Assembly (NCBI RefSeq): GCF_964355755.1
Contig: NC_092671.1
Coordinates: 37,396,304-37,460,303, forward strand
Source: Antedon mediterranea
Taxonomy: Eukaryota; Animalia; Echinodermata
Length of the DNA: 64,000 nucleotides
Direction: 5' to 3'
Program-made: the position numbers and the translations under genes
Shown here: piece by piece, positions 1 through 12,247 of the stretch
How positions within the stretch are numbered: the first letter of the stretch is position 1
How the letters are laid out: every line of letters begins with the position of its first letter
Notes under the pieces: generated by a model
Database searches by the model: none
What the model saw: the letters and a program-made list of their open reading frames with translations, nothing else
What the model was told of the DNA's origin: nothing

Positions 1-665
1 GGTCAGTTGAGGGACGCATTTGAGGACTGTAATACAACGTTGGAACAATCCATTACACATTTCGTGGTAAGAGAACAATATGCCTATTCTTATCTTGCTT
101 TTCAAAAATTGAATGCATGCTCCCCCTGCTTTTTTTTGACAGCAATGAAATTATAAACTACTTTTTTAATCTAATTTTTGACGGACTATTACAGTAATAT
201 TATAAGTTAGCTCTCATTTGTTTGGAAAATCCTTGATTGATCCAGGGATTTGTTGCTAAATCTGAATCAACAAAATTTATTTTAATTTCAGATGTTGTTC
301 GCCAATGTGGATAGACAGCAGACAGGTTCTGTTTCAACTGATTCACTCAAAGAGATACTCTCCATGGCTTTGAACAGAGATATTACAAGCATACCATTTG
401 AAATGATGTTAAAAACAATCACTGTAAGTCAATTTGAATTTGAAATAATATCAGGATTTTTAAGATCCATTAATGGTAAAAACAAAAGACCACAAATCTG
501 GAAAGAGGGAAAAAAGTCACCCAATTTAGAACTCTTCAGCCATATAAAACCTTTTTGTTTGAATTTTTCAATATTTTTTTTTTGTTCTTTCAGAAAAATC
601 ACTCGGCAACAATCAACAAAGTGGAATTCCTTTCCTACATTCCATATTTTCTGACATTTAAATGA
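1..665 (+). CDS. 3' end of an EF-hand calcium-binding domain protein (5'-partial); exons <1-66, 292-423, 594-665
   Basis: Phase-0 GT-AG introns join GQLRDAFEDCNTTLEQSITHFV / MLFANVDRQQTGSVSTDSLKEILSMALNRDITSIPFEMMLKTIT / KNHSATINKVEFLSYIPYFLTFK*. EF-loop-like motifs DRQQTGSVSTDSL and TKNHSATINKVEF. Confidence 0.7.
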
Positions 666-904
666 GTCGGATTAAAATTTATTAACCAAACTTTTTCAGA
701 AATCTACCTCATTCAATGTATTCATTTATACTAGTTGAAAGTATATCTGCATTTCCTACAGTTTAAGTTCAATGTACAAGAAAAAGGGTTTTTATTTATT
801 TCATAGTCCGTTGGGCTAGTTAATGCTGCAGATTTATTTGTTAATGTGCAAGCCCGAAAATTACAAACATACAGCTTAAGAATTGGCATTCATGGTTATT
901 ATTT

Positions 905-1178
905 CCGTATATCCTCTGGTATAATCCCACTTCTGGTCTATAATCCCACCCCCTACTTTATGTCTGATTTCACAAACAGGCACATTTCCTCGGGTATAGT
1001 CCCAGTATTGATGTTTGGTCTGGATGTTGGCCTCTCTTTCCTTCAGATGAATTTTTACAAGAAGTGTTTACAAATATCTTTTTATCCTGAACCAGGGTTT
1101 CCCTGGGTATATCCCACCCCCAAAAGTCAGGCCAATTTCTTGTTCTAGCAGTGTGGGATTATACCAGAGGATATACGG
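905..1178. mobile_element. MITE with 26-bp TIRs (CCG...CGG ends, Tc1/mariner-like)
   Basis: ccgtatatcctctggtataatcccac at 905-930 and its exact reverse complement at 1153-1178; TA follows the right end. Confidence 0.75.
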
Positions 1179-2439
1179 TAATAAAGGGTCCGAGGTTTGG
1201 ACAGAAGCTAATATAAACAGGCACACCAAAAGTAGATATAATTTGCTGTTTTTCATTTCTTGTTCATAAAATACTTCATACAGAAAAACTTAGCCAGCAG
1301 TATTTTATCTTTTACTGTATTTATTAAAACAAGGTTTCAAAACTATTTTTGTATATTTATATATTTACTAATTAATAGTATGTTTATCTAAATTTATATA
1401 CTTTTACAAATTTCACACTGAGTAAACAAATTGCAGCTAATTTTGCATGAAATAATATAAAAATAATACAAACTTTATTATTCAAAATGTATGTAAAGTA
1501 TGTTAAAAAGTATTTATTTTTATAAATATTTATCTTTATTAAGATAAATATTCATATTTAATTTTCTATATGAAATAACCTAGCCCACTAATAGACTGTT
1601 TATTTTATGTTATATATTTTTCTTACACCATTTTTAATGGAAGCAGTTTAATGCAGTAAATCTTGCTGAAAAAAAAAATCTGGTTTAACACTGAAATACT
1701 TTTATTCTTTATCTGTTTTATGATAATTCTTCACCACTTCCAGTATTAAATATATGTAGTATTTTGGTCTTTCGCTATAAATGGAATAGATGTGAACATA
1801 AAACCAAATAACACTAAATGTACTAAATATATATTTAGTACATTGATAATGCCAAATAGACAAGCCAAACAACTTTTTTACTACTCTTAATTTCAATTTC
1901 ACCAGAGAATTTACCGCATTTTTGTTCCCTTCCCTGTTCCACCTAAGATTTAAGTGGCTATATCTATTTATAATTTAATGCTTTAATACTTCTCCCATCA
2001 ATTGCTAATTAAGAGGTCCTATTAAAGAGGTATGTAGGTACGAAATTGTATATTGCCATTATTTTGAAAATATGTTAAGTTTGTAAATATGCAATATCAC
2101 CTTGTTTGAAATATAAATAGGCGCAATATGTTTGTGGTGCAACTTTTTTAACTAAAGATTGTGTATTAATATTATTAAAATTTTGGAGCAATATATACTT
2201 CTAAATTTGCAAATAATTATTACATGTCTTGTTTTTTTCTTTTGTAGTAGACAAATTAATTAGTTATCCACTGACATTGTTTATTATACCAGAATTTAAC
2301 ATTGTTAACATTGTACTGCGAGTGTTTGGAAATGATCTTGGTGGTGAGAATGAGTCCTAATAGTTTTGACTTGTAGCATGGATCTATTATAGGTCCATCC
2401 TTGTATAAGGCATCCTAATTATCAAGTTATTCAACTAAA

Positions 2440-2740
2440 AGGCTGTGTTTCGGCAGCCATAACAAAATTATTGGTTAATTTGTTAACCAATCGGATAATT
2501 TAAAAAAAATAAAGTGTGCATGATCCGACCAACACAACCAAGTGCCCAATCACAACGCAACAATTAATCCTCCAGGTTAAAGGTTAAAGATTATCGCATT
2601 TGTCCAGTAATTATCCAATTAATCGGATCGGTTAATTTTTTCCTAGTGGAATCGGTTCAAATCCTGTTTCCACAGACAGTTTATTGGTAAATTTTTATCA
2701 GTTAATTATCAGTTAATTTTCGGCTGCGGAAACACTGCCT
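2440..2740. mobile_element. MITE with imperfect ~19-bp TIRs (aggc...gcct)
   Basis: aggctgtgtttcggcagcc at 2440 versus the reverse complement of ggctgcggaaacactgcct ending at 2740 (2 mismatches). Confidence 0.55.
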
Positions 2741-2863
2741 AATACATGAACTTAATGGTCCATGATCTTAAAAATAAGTCTAAGTCTGTCCCCCATTTTT
2801 ACCACAATTTTCACATTGTATTATACTATTATTTTATTATCAATAATAAATGCCTACTACATT

Positions 2864-5516
2864 TTAATCCACTTTGGTTTGGTTCGTATTGGATGGAGGA
2901 ATGTTTGGTTTTCTTTGGAAAAAATCTGTTGCGCTAACAATCTGTAAATGAAAAAAAATATAAATATTGAAATCTGAGTTCATGATAAAAATGTAGAAAA
3001 TGTCGACCTTTTTATTTTTCGATATAACTTGTTACTATATCATAATTAACAGTGCGAAAAATGTGTTCTGCGCATGTTAATTATGCTATAGTAACATGCT
3101 TTAGTTATTTATTGAATTCATTGTAAAATTAACTTACCACAAACAATGCAGAAAGTATACCAAGAGCTGAGCCAACGATGACATCACTAACGTGATGCTT
3201 ATACTCTGTGATACGAGAACAACTTGTAAAGATGGCTCCTAGAAACATCAGACCTTGCAGCATTGGTTTCAACAAAACAAACTTTTTTAATGTCCAACGT
3301 GACTCATAGTAACACTAAAATATAATGTACAAATATATTAATAATAATATTCATTTTTTTATCAAAATCAATATGTGCAATATGTAGATAAACATTGGTT
3401 TAAAAAAAAAATATCATTATAATGTTCACCGATTACAACAAAAATGGCCGATTCTAGATTTCATTATCAAATTGTGTTTTTGCTGGGTTTGACCTACATA
3501 CCTTTTTTAAGGCTTTATTAATGTTATTTCATTTAACGTATTTACTTACTGATAAATATACAAAGAAATAGAAAGCAACTCCAGCATGTAGAGATGGAAA
3601 TGATCGACTGAAAATAAAAAAAGAGTACAAATTAAAAAAAAGATTCTATATCTAATTAATTGTATGAAAAATAGAGGTTGAATGTAGAATAAAGCTCTGT
3701 CTACACTATCAAACTTTATGTGACAAAAAAATGTAATGTGCCGATATACTGTATAGACATGATGATGTCATATCCCTACCATTTTTGGGCATATCACTAC
3801 CATATTTGGGCATTATCACTACCATATTTGGGCACATCATTACCATATTTGAGTACATCACAAACTAGCTTGATAGTGTAGACAAGGCTTAAAGACATGA
3901 ATTTACTTACATTGCTTCATGGTACTTGGTATTTTCACATATAACGTCATCATTGACGGCGATATAATGCTCCTGTTCCAGCAGCTTTACCTTTGGCTGG
4001 CAGACTGCGTTGTAATACGGTCTTGGCACGCCACTAACATGCTTTAATGCCGTCCCAATGTTTAGTACAAACAGTATCCCAAATGTACATTTTGTAAATT
4101 GATTTAAAAAAGCATAAACTTTCGAATGTGTCTTGTTTGTCCAGATCTCAAATACGATGAACTATTGATAAAATACAAAAATAATGATTGTTTAAATTCT
4201 ATGCAATATTTAAAATGCCATCACCCTCTTTTTCTTTAACAGTGACTAATTATTAAATTCTGATTTTTAAAAATCATAATATATTTATCAAAATAATATA
4301 GAACATACAAGGTTTAAATATATTTTCAGTAATACTGTATAAATACCAGGGTAAGATCCAATGCTTCTGATTTTATAACTGCTTTTGGACATATGATGTT
4401 TAGCGCTCCGCCCACTTAAACAATCCTAGATCCGCCCCTGAATACTATAAACTATATCATTTAAAAATATTTATCTACACATGCCGATTCTGTATTACAG
4501 GAAAATACATGTTTAGGCCTAAAATTTTGTTATGCCTTTTAATATTTCTTGTTTGGTTCTTAGTAGTAGATGCACTTTTATTTCTAAGTGTGGCGCTGAT
4601 ATCAAAGCATATGTTCAATTTTTATTATTATTATTGCCATAGATGAACAGTTGCCAAAACATTTTTAACGATTTTCTAATCATTTTGATAAACTAAATCT
4701 TTATACTTACAGATGCAATAGGAATAATAAATCCAAGTTCAACAAGGAAAGCACTTGTGACCGTGTCTTGTACATACGGGTAACTATAACGTACATCATC
4801 TATGAGATGGCCAGGCATATGCCACATAGGCATATACTTACTAATACAGTACAAACTTGTACATTCTTTAAAATTAAAAAAGCAATATTTTATTATCATT
4901 TTCTCAAATAAAAACCATGAAATTTTAACCACTCACCATACAGATTTGTGTGAAAGTCAATTGTCATACTTCATTAATTTTTTATGAATTTTTTTTCCTT
5001 GCATTTTTTTTATATCTGTTTTGTATTTGGCAGAAAATTGAATAAATAGGCAATAAAATATTAGGTTATGTCTACAAGGTCAAGGTGGGAGACAATACAT
5101 TGTTTTTGTAAAATTAGTTTTTGGGTTTTTTTTACATTTTTTTTATATTTACAATGATCTCTTCTTTAATATTTTGGGAAAACACCTGTAACATTTTAGG
5201 CTTATCCAATTCCCTATTATCTCCACTTTATATGTGTAAAGCGCTAACCCATCAGAAACTAAGCAGGATTAATATGGATTAATATAGGTGTGTTCGGATC
5301 CGTGTGTTAGACCGGCGCCAGTGGTATTACCTACTAGGCCTGGCGATCTGGACTAATCAAATGCAGCAGGTGAGCAACTGCCTTATACAAAAAATAAGCA
5401 ATATGGAAGTGCAATAATACAGTTAGAAAGTGCACATGACTATGTTATTATTTATTTATCTTCTTACCAATAAATATTAATAAGAAATCAAACACAAGTT
5501 CCAATGTTTCTACCAT
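2864..5516 (-). CDS. PAP2/PLPP-family lipid phosphate phosphatase-like protein A (~255 aa); exons 5516-5468, 4865-4711, 4161-3911, 3607-3550, 3314-3138, 2941-2864
   Basis: Six GT-AG exons totalling 768 nt in frame. C1 KHVSGVPRP, C2 SFPSLH, C3 SRITEYKHHVSD, several hydrophobic segments. Confidence 0.88.
3693..3889. mobile_element. MITE family A (PIF/Harbinger-type), full copy
   Basis: TIR agctctgtctacactatcaaact, TAA/TAA TSD, internal 21-bp atatcactaccatatttgggc repeats. Confidence 0.85.
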
Positions 5517-5608
5517 GGTATCAACTTAGAATCCAAAATCTAAATTAGTCGACACCAAGATCAACAGCGCCCTCATTTAAAAATAACTTTCATCAAAGAT
5601 CTTTCTAA

Positions 5609-5766
5609 AGCTCTGTCTACATTATCAAACTAGTTTGACAGAAAAAGTTTGGTATGCCCAAATACGGTAGTCATATATCCAAATATGGTATTGATATGAC
5701 ATCATCAATGTATATATATGGGAACATCACACTTTTTCTGTCAAATAGTGTAGTGTAGACAGAGAT
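5609..5766. mobile_element. MITE family A copy
   Basis: Same TIRs; TAA/TAA TSD. Confidence 0.85.
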
Positions 5767-6098
5767 TAAGATCTTTGCTTTCATTATTTCTTTGTATTTG
5801 AGGCTTTCAAAATTGGCCACGAAAAAACAAATTGAATGCCACATCCATAGTTCTAATTGTCTGCTACCAATATTGCTACTTATTATTATACCTATGTTAT
5901 AAACAAAAATAGAGTATATAGACATTTTTACTTCTAAATATTTTATTGGAAACAATACTTCAAATTAAAAATCAGCAGACAGAAACTAATTCGACTCGAT
6001 CAAAGTGTTTGACTATTTTAGAAGTTGTGGGAAGGTAATTCACCACACTGGATCCTTTTTTACCACTTATTATTAATGAATGAATGTTTGTAATCTTA

Positions 6099-6235
6099 AG
6101 CTCTGTTTACACTATCAAACTTTATGTGACAAAAAATATAATGTGCCCATGGACATGATGATGTCATATCACCACCATATTTGGACACATCACACTTTTT
6201 TTTGGTCAAACTAGTTTGATAGTGTAGACAGAGTT
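6099..6235. mobile_element. MITE family A copy
   Basis: Same TIRs; TTA/TTA TSD. Confidence 0.85.
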
Positions 6236-6532
6236 TTAGTTCACAGCTTGCTTGGTGAATGTATACAAATATTGCAAACTTTATTATAGTGAGTATATAT
6301 AGTATATAATGCCATTGTACAATACAATGTATAATAGAAATAAAAGTAAAGTAATTTTACATTATAATTTATAGTACTGAATTGGTAACGGCATAGATAT
6401 GCTTAAAGCAGTATTAGTTATATATCTATTGCATGCAACTTGACACATTCCGAGTATACTATAGTTAGGTGATATTTACAAGCACACTTTTTTCTCTCTT
6501 TCAGATAAGAATGTTTCTTGTCCGTCAAACAC

Positions 6533-9500
6533 TTAGTTTTTCTTGTATTTAGGTTTCTCTTCTGTGTTTCGAGATCTTATAATATCTGTACAACTGTAAA
6601 CCTGGAAAGATAATAGGTTATTAGGACAAACGGCCATAATAAGAACATTGGAAGACAATGTAACTGTAGGCCTAGTAGCTTGCTACTGAAGGCTTACATT
6701 ACTACACAGCCTAAAGCTCTGTCTACACTATCAAATTAGTTTGAAAAAAAAAATGATGTGCCCAAATATGATAGTGATATGCTTAAATATGGTAGTGATA
6801 TGACATCATTGTGTCCATATATGGGCAAATCACATTTTTTTTCTCAAATAAAGTTGGATAGTGTAGGCAGAGCTTAAGCTTGGTTCCCGATGTATTGACC
6901 AATCACAAGAAACGCTGTTCTATCGCGTCGTGATTGGTCAAATCAATTGCAGTGTGCTTACATCCTTGTTTCACTTACCACAAACAGCGCAGTTAGTGCA
7001 CCCAAGATCATGCCCGCAATTACATCTGATGTGTGATGTTTGTAATCGGTGATGCGTGTACAACTTGCGTACAACGCAAACACAAATGCGGCTGCTTGTA
7101 AAGTCGGTTTCACGGTCACTGGTTTCTGTGCTGTCCATCGTACCTGTACATATAACTGAAATTACACAAACACTTTACATATTAAATTGAAAATCAATTC
7201 TCAATGTTATATAAAAAAAAATGAGAAAAAAAAATTTACCTCATGTGTCTTCAGAAGAAGACAGCTATAAGAACAGTAATGAGAAAGGATTTACTTTGAA
7301 TGTTAAGCACTGTCTACAATTATCAAACTTAATGTGACAAAAAAAATGTTATGTGCCAATACATGGACATGATGTCATATCACTACCATATTTGGGAATA
7401 TCACTACTATAGTTGGGCATATATATCAATACTATATTTGGGCACTAATATCCTTTGAACATTTCAATTACTTACCACAAAATAGATCATAGCGTAAAAT
7501 GCCACACTAGCATGAAGAGCAGGAAACGATCGCCTGTAAAAAAAATTAATAAATTATGTAATTAAACTTTAATAAATTCTTTTGAAAACAAAATTGTACT
7601 TAACTTCTAGATTGTGCTACTTAAGACAAACACATTTCATCTAAATACATTTATTTCTCTTTTTTCAGGAAACAAAATAACAAATTCATATTCAAACAAA
7701 GCTTGGTTCCCACTAGGTACGCAACGCGAGGAGGTAAGCGCAATTTAAGTAATTTGACCAATCAGAAACTGCCGCATTGGTCATTATCATTGGTCACCTC
7801 ACTTGCATTCGGTTTATATCTTTGCATTACATCTTTTGAATCAAGCTTAAACGAAGAAAAAATAACTTAACAAAAATCTGATAACCCTTACGTAGCTTCA
7901 CGCAGTGTAGTTGCACAATCCTCATTGTCTGCAATAACGTATGGAAAGCCGTCGGTGCATTTAGGCTTGCAGACTGTATTGTAGTAAGGTCTTGGCACTC
8001 CAGTTACACTCTTTAATGTTTGTCCAATTATCAACATCAACAACATGCCAAATATGTACTTAGATATCTGACGAAGACATTCAACCAACTTCGACTGGCC
8101 TGCTTGTGAGGTTCTTGTAAATAGCTCAAACACGATAAACTGAAAAAGTGCAACAGATTTATAACTTTATGTATTAAGCTCTGTCTACACTATCAAAGTT
8201 TGACAAAAAAAAGTGTGAGGTTTCCAAATATGGTAGCGATATTCCCAAATAGTGGTAGTGGTATGACATCATTATGTCAATATATGGGCACATCACATTT
8301 TTTTTGTCACATAAAGTTTGATAGTGTAGACAGGGCTTTACAATAATTTAATGCTTGAGTTGATACTTTCATTTGTTACACTAATTGAGTTTTGCTCTTT
8401 TAGGGGAAAAATAAGAAACACAGTACTTAGAATGTATCTTGCAGAGTTGAATTACAATACAGTAAACTATTATTATCTTAACTTACCGAAAATATTGGCA
8501 CTCCAATTGTGACCTGGTACAGAAACTCACCCGATAGAGTACCACTACGAAGAGGGTAGCTGTATTCTGGAGAGTTACAAACATGACCAGGCATGTGGGT
8601 AGTTGGAAGGTGGTACTTCAAATAATGGTGGATTCCACCCTCTGTTAAAAATAAGCAAAAAGTGTGCCATATAATACCAGATTAACTATTTAGTACAAAC
8701 AGCTATCTATAGTCAAATTTTTATATAATAAAAACACAAAAATAACATACAATACATCATATGATTAAAAATAACATCAACATAAAATAATAAATTATTC
8801 ACCCAGTACAGTCAATAAGCTGTAGGACTAGGATAATTAATAAATTAAAATAGTTAGAGGCCCTAGGCTCTAGCTAGCAAGAAAGGCTACCAAACATGTG
8901 GTCCGCATGTCGTAAAGTAACGTTGTCTCTATTATATATGTTATGCGCGATTTGAATGATTTGCGCAATTTAAAATTGCGCAAAGAATTCCTTGCGCAAT
9001 TTGAAGTGAAACATCTGTTTCAAATTGCGCAAGCAACGTATTAAATTGCGCAAGTAATCTGCAAATTGCGCAAGGTTTTTCGACAGATTGTGAAATCATG
9101 CACACCCATATTTTCATAGTAATTTAGCGGGCGGCTAATACTACTCTAGCCAAAGATGCTCTCTAGCCTAACTGTATGGCTATGTTTTGATAGCAGGTCT
9201 AAACGTTGGTGGCGGTAGACTATGTTGTGTATTACTACATTAATTTTTGTTATTTTTACATTTATTTTGATTTATTTTAAGTTGCAATGAGTGATAATAT
9301 TATTTAATTGTGTATGCCATTGATGTTGTGTATTATACACATGTTATCTTCGCATTTATTATGTTTCATTTTGAGTTATTAGTTTCTAATAAATTATCAT
9401 TGTTAACCGATCGTCGACGTTAGCACGCATTCTGGTAGAATTCTGCTGCGCAATTTGACAATTTTACAAATTGTGCAGCGCAATTTGAAATTGCGCAAGG

Positions 9501-9968
9501 ATTTTCTTGTGCAATTTGATATTGCGCAAGTTGATTGCGCAATTTCAAATTGCGCAAGAATTCTTTGTGCATATATATAGCCTATAGACACTCTATAAAA
9601 AGACAGGCCTAGCCCTAACTAAAAAGATGCAGCCTATATTATATAATATAGGCTATTAGTATTATATAATATAGGCTATTATTTAGGACATTCTGGAATA
9701 CTAGACCTAGCCTACCCCTAAGCGCCCTAGAATACTACGCCTATTGTAGCTAAGCTAGAGGACTGAGAGAGAGTAGATCATGCCCAGCTAGACCTCTAGC
9801 TAGGCTAATCTAGCTAGGCCTAGCCTAGCTAGGCCTAGCTAGCTAGGAAAAAGGAGATCATCTATATAGGCCTAGCTAGGCGGCTTATGTAGTAGTAGTC
9901 TAATTATTTTCTAGATACTTACCTGCTAAAATAACAGCCAAATCAACTAAAAGATCAGCCATATTCAT
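6533..9968 (-). CDS. PAP2/PLPP-family lipid phosphate phosphatase-like protein B (~250 aa); exons 9968-9923, 8641-8487, 8139-7892, 7533-7476, 7155-6979, 6601-6533
   Basis: 753 nt in frame with the same intron phases as paralog A. C1 KSVTGVPRP, C2 SFPALH, C3 TRITDYKHHTSD. Confidence 0.88.
6715..6874. mobile_element. MITE family A copy, abutted by a family B fragment at 6877
   Basis: TIRs as above; followed directly by agcttggttccc. Confidence 0.8.
7700..7847. mobile_element. MITE family B, degenerate copy
   Basis: agcttggttcccactag...acgcaacgc left end; ...atcaagct right end. Confidence 0.6.
8177..8337. mobile_element. MITE family A copy
   Basis: TIRs as above; TTA/TTA TSD. Confidence 0.85.
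8943..9575. repeat. Inverted-repeat element with TTGCGCAA palindrome arrays at both ends
   Basis: Ten exact TTGCGCAA copies in two clusters (8961-9073 and 9491-9557) that are roughly inverted relative to each other. Confidence 0.65.
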
Positions 9969-10057
9969 ATGATGGAAGATAAATAAATATTTATTATCTA
10001 AAATAACTTCGTTTATGAATCATAAAAAAGATCAGAGCATGCATGATACCCTACTAA

Positions 10058-10130
10058 CTACTTCCGTCGTCCGTTTGTTACTTGTTATTTCTGATTGGTT
10101 AATATTTTATGGACTCAACCAATCACGAAG
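10058..10130 (-). promoter_or_regulatory. Putative proximal promoter of PLPP-like B
   Basis: ETS-like acttccg (~10060), ctgattggtt (~10091) and accaatcac (~10118) CCAAT boxes within about 160 bp upstream of the ATG. Confidence 0.4.
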
Positions 10131-10892
10131 AGTGAACTTCTGATATTTAGGTAAGGTGTGCAAAAAATGCATCTTTTTTACGATGTACAATTTTCTAGTA
10201 GTATGATTTTCAATACATTGAGTTGATTTTTTCTTTTTTTCGATGTAAATAGCCAAATTACGTTGCTTTTCTGTTATCTATATTGATGGTCCTGGGATGG
10301 TTTTAAACTATTACTACCGTACACTAGTTAATGATATGTTGTTTTTTTTGGGTTTTTTTTATTCGGTATATTAAAAATACAGCCAATTACAAAACGACAG
10401 TCAAGGACTGAAATGAATTGCATTACAAATATATAAAAATCAGTTAAAATTGCTATACAAAGAGAAACATCCTATTAAAATTAAATATCGTACCATGAAT
10501 TAAGAAAACATCGGCCTACATGAATAAAAAAAACCTAAAAATTGTATTGAATAATAATGCATTAAACGATTCATAATATTTGTATATTTATTGCTCTGAT
10601 CATTGGTACAATCTGTGATAAATAATACACCATGAACCTCCCAGTTATTATAGCATTACTAACTACTGAAAATAGAGGCCTGTTGTGTAGGCCTATAGGC
10701 TGCTATTTATAAAGTTCAACTATATATATAAACTTTATTTAGACACGAGACTGATGTGCAGTAGGCTACAACTCGTTCAATCAATATTGATTGTTTTTAC
10801 ACAAGTTCGTGATACTGTATTACACAAAAAAAAATCAACACCATATAAATACGACAGAAACGAAAAATTGAAATTGAAAAGAAACAAAATTA

Positions 10893-11000
10893 CAGCAGAA
10901 TCCCCTTCATCTGACACCTCTATTTAGGGTACACCATACCGGTACTTCCCGTGTAAACGGAAGCCCTTATCGAAGTGTATAATTTATGGGGATTCTACTG
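10893..11000. mobile_element. Short Tc1/mariner-type MITE (CAG...CTG, TA TSD)
   Basis: ta|cagcagaatcccc ... ggggattctactg|ta. Confidence 0.7.
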
Positions 11001-11130
11001 TAATACATAATAAATCTTTTTGATTTCATTTACCTTAAAATAAATTAGTGATAAAACACACATTTTATATAGTATTTAGCCATTTTAAAAGTTGGATGTA
11101 CACCATCGTAGATTACCATACCATTATGTT

Positions 11131-11520
11131 TTACAATGCATTTTTCAGATACGTTTTAAACAACTTAACTGAATTTGGAAGGGTATCAACATTGAGACTA
11201 TTCCATATAATTGCTCCACGATAAGACAGACTTCGTTTTTTAAAATCGGTTTTTGGCTTCGGGATGAATAGATGTGTATCACTGTGCCTTAGATTATAAT
11301 TTATATCATTGTATGCAAATACATTATTTAGGTAAGGTGGGGCATTATCTGTCAAAACCTTATATATAACCATACAACATTCATATCTATCTTGATAAAA
11401 TAAAGGTGACCAATTAATTTGTCTTAGTGCCTCACTACTAGGTGTGTCCCATGTTAGACCACACACGATTCGAGCTGTTCTGTTTTGGATAGTTTGAACT
11501 CTTTTCATTAGAAACTGGGT
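11131..11520 (-). mobile_element. 5'-truncated non-LTR retrotransposon (CR1/L2-group LINE), ORF2 C-terminal fragment
   Basis: IQNRTARIVCG...LRQINWSPL...MIYKVL...APPYL...YNLR...PKPKTDFKKRSLSYRGAIIWNSL is the typical post-RT C-terminus of CR1/L2-group ORF2. Confidence 0.85.
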
Positions 11521-11693
11521 TTCGTTCAACTCACCTTGACTCAAAGAAACCCACACTGTAAATATAAACACAAGAGTGAAAGAAATTACGTCATCGAGTC
11601 GCTGTACATTGTATAGGCGCTATTATCAAATTTGTGTAACTGATGTTTTTAAAGCATCGTCTTAATTAAGGATAGTCCTAAATAAAGAAAATA

Positions 11694-12076
11694 CACTGTA
11701 ATTTCATGTACAGCTTTTAAACACGTAGTTAAATTTTAGCGGGTTTTAAAACCTAAACATGTTTTCCTCCACTCGTTTAGCAGTTAACATGTCACTATAT
11801 GTTCAGTCAACATGTTTATCTACGTGTTTAGCGTTACGTGCATATATGATTTTACTGTGTCGAAAAAAGCTCCACACATGGCAAATTAAAAACGTTTAAA
11901 ACCTCCTAAACGTTTCTTTATATTATTATTTGTTTAATAATCAACACGTCAATGTGTTGAGTTGGATACAGACTACAGAACCTAAACATGGTCATATCTA
12001 AACATGTTCAAGGCTAAATGTGTGGAAAAGGTGTGTACAAAATAGATATTTAAGATCTAAAACTATTTTTACAGTG
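11694..12076. mobile_element. Non-autonomous DNA element with cactgtaa...ttacagtg termini (related copy at ~62250-62580)
   Basis: Terminal inverted cactgtaa/ttacagtg, internal taaacatg motifs; 11780-12076 matches 62250-62540 in reverse complement. Confidence 0.6.
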
Positions 12077-12247
12077 AGAGGTAATAGGTGTGAAAGAGCA
12101 TTCGTTGATATAATATTTAAAATTGGTAACCTATTTTGGTAACCATTATCATGTATTCACTGAGTAATAAAAAATTATTTAGAGCGGGAAAAGAAGAAAG
12201 AAAAATGTGTCTGTAAAAACGTCATATTCAGAATCTCAAAACATATG

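Noticed and set aside
1702-1902. 66-aa minus-strand ORF as a possible third PLPP remnant
   Set aside because: No PAP2 motifs and no splice pattern matching the two paralogs.
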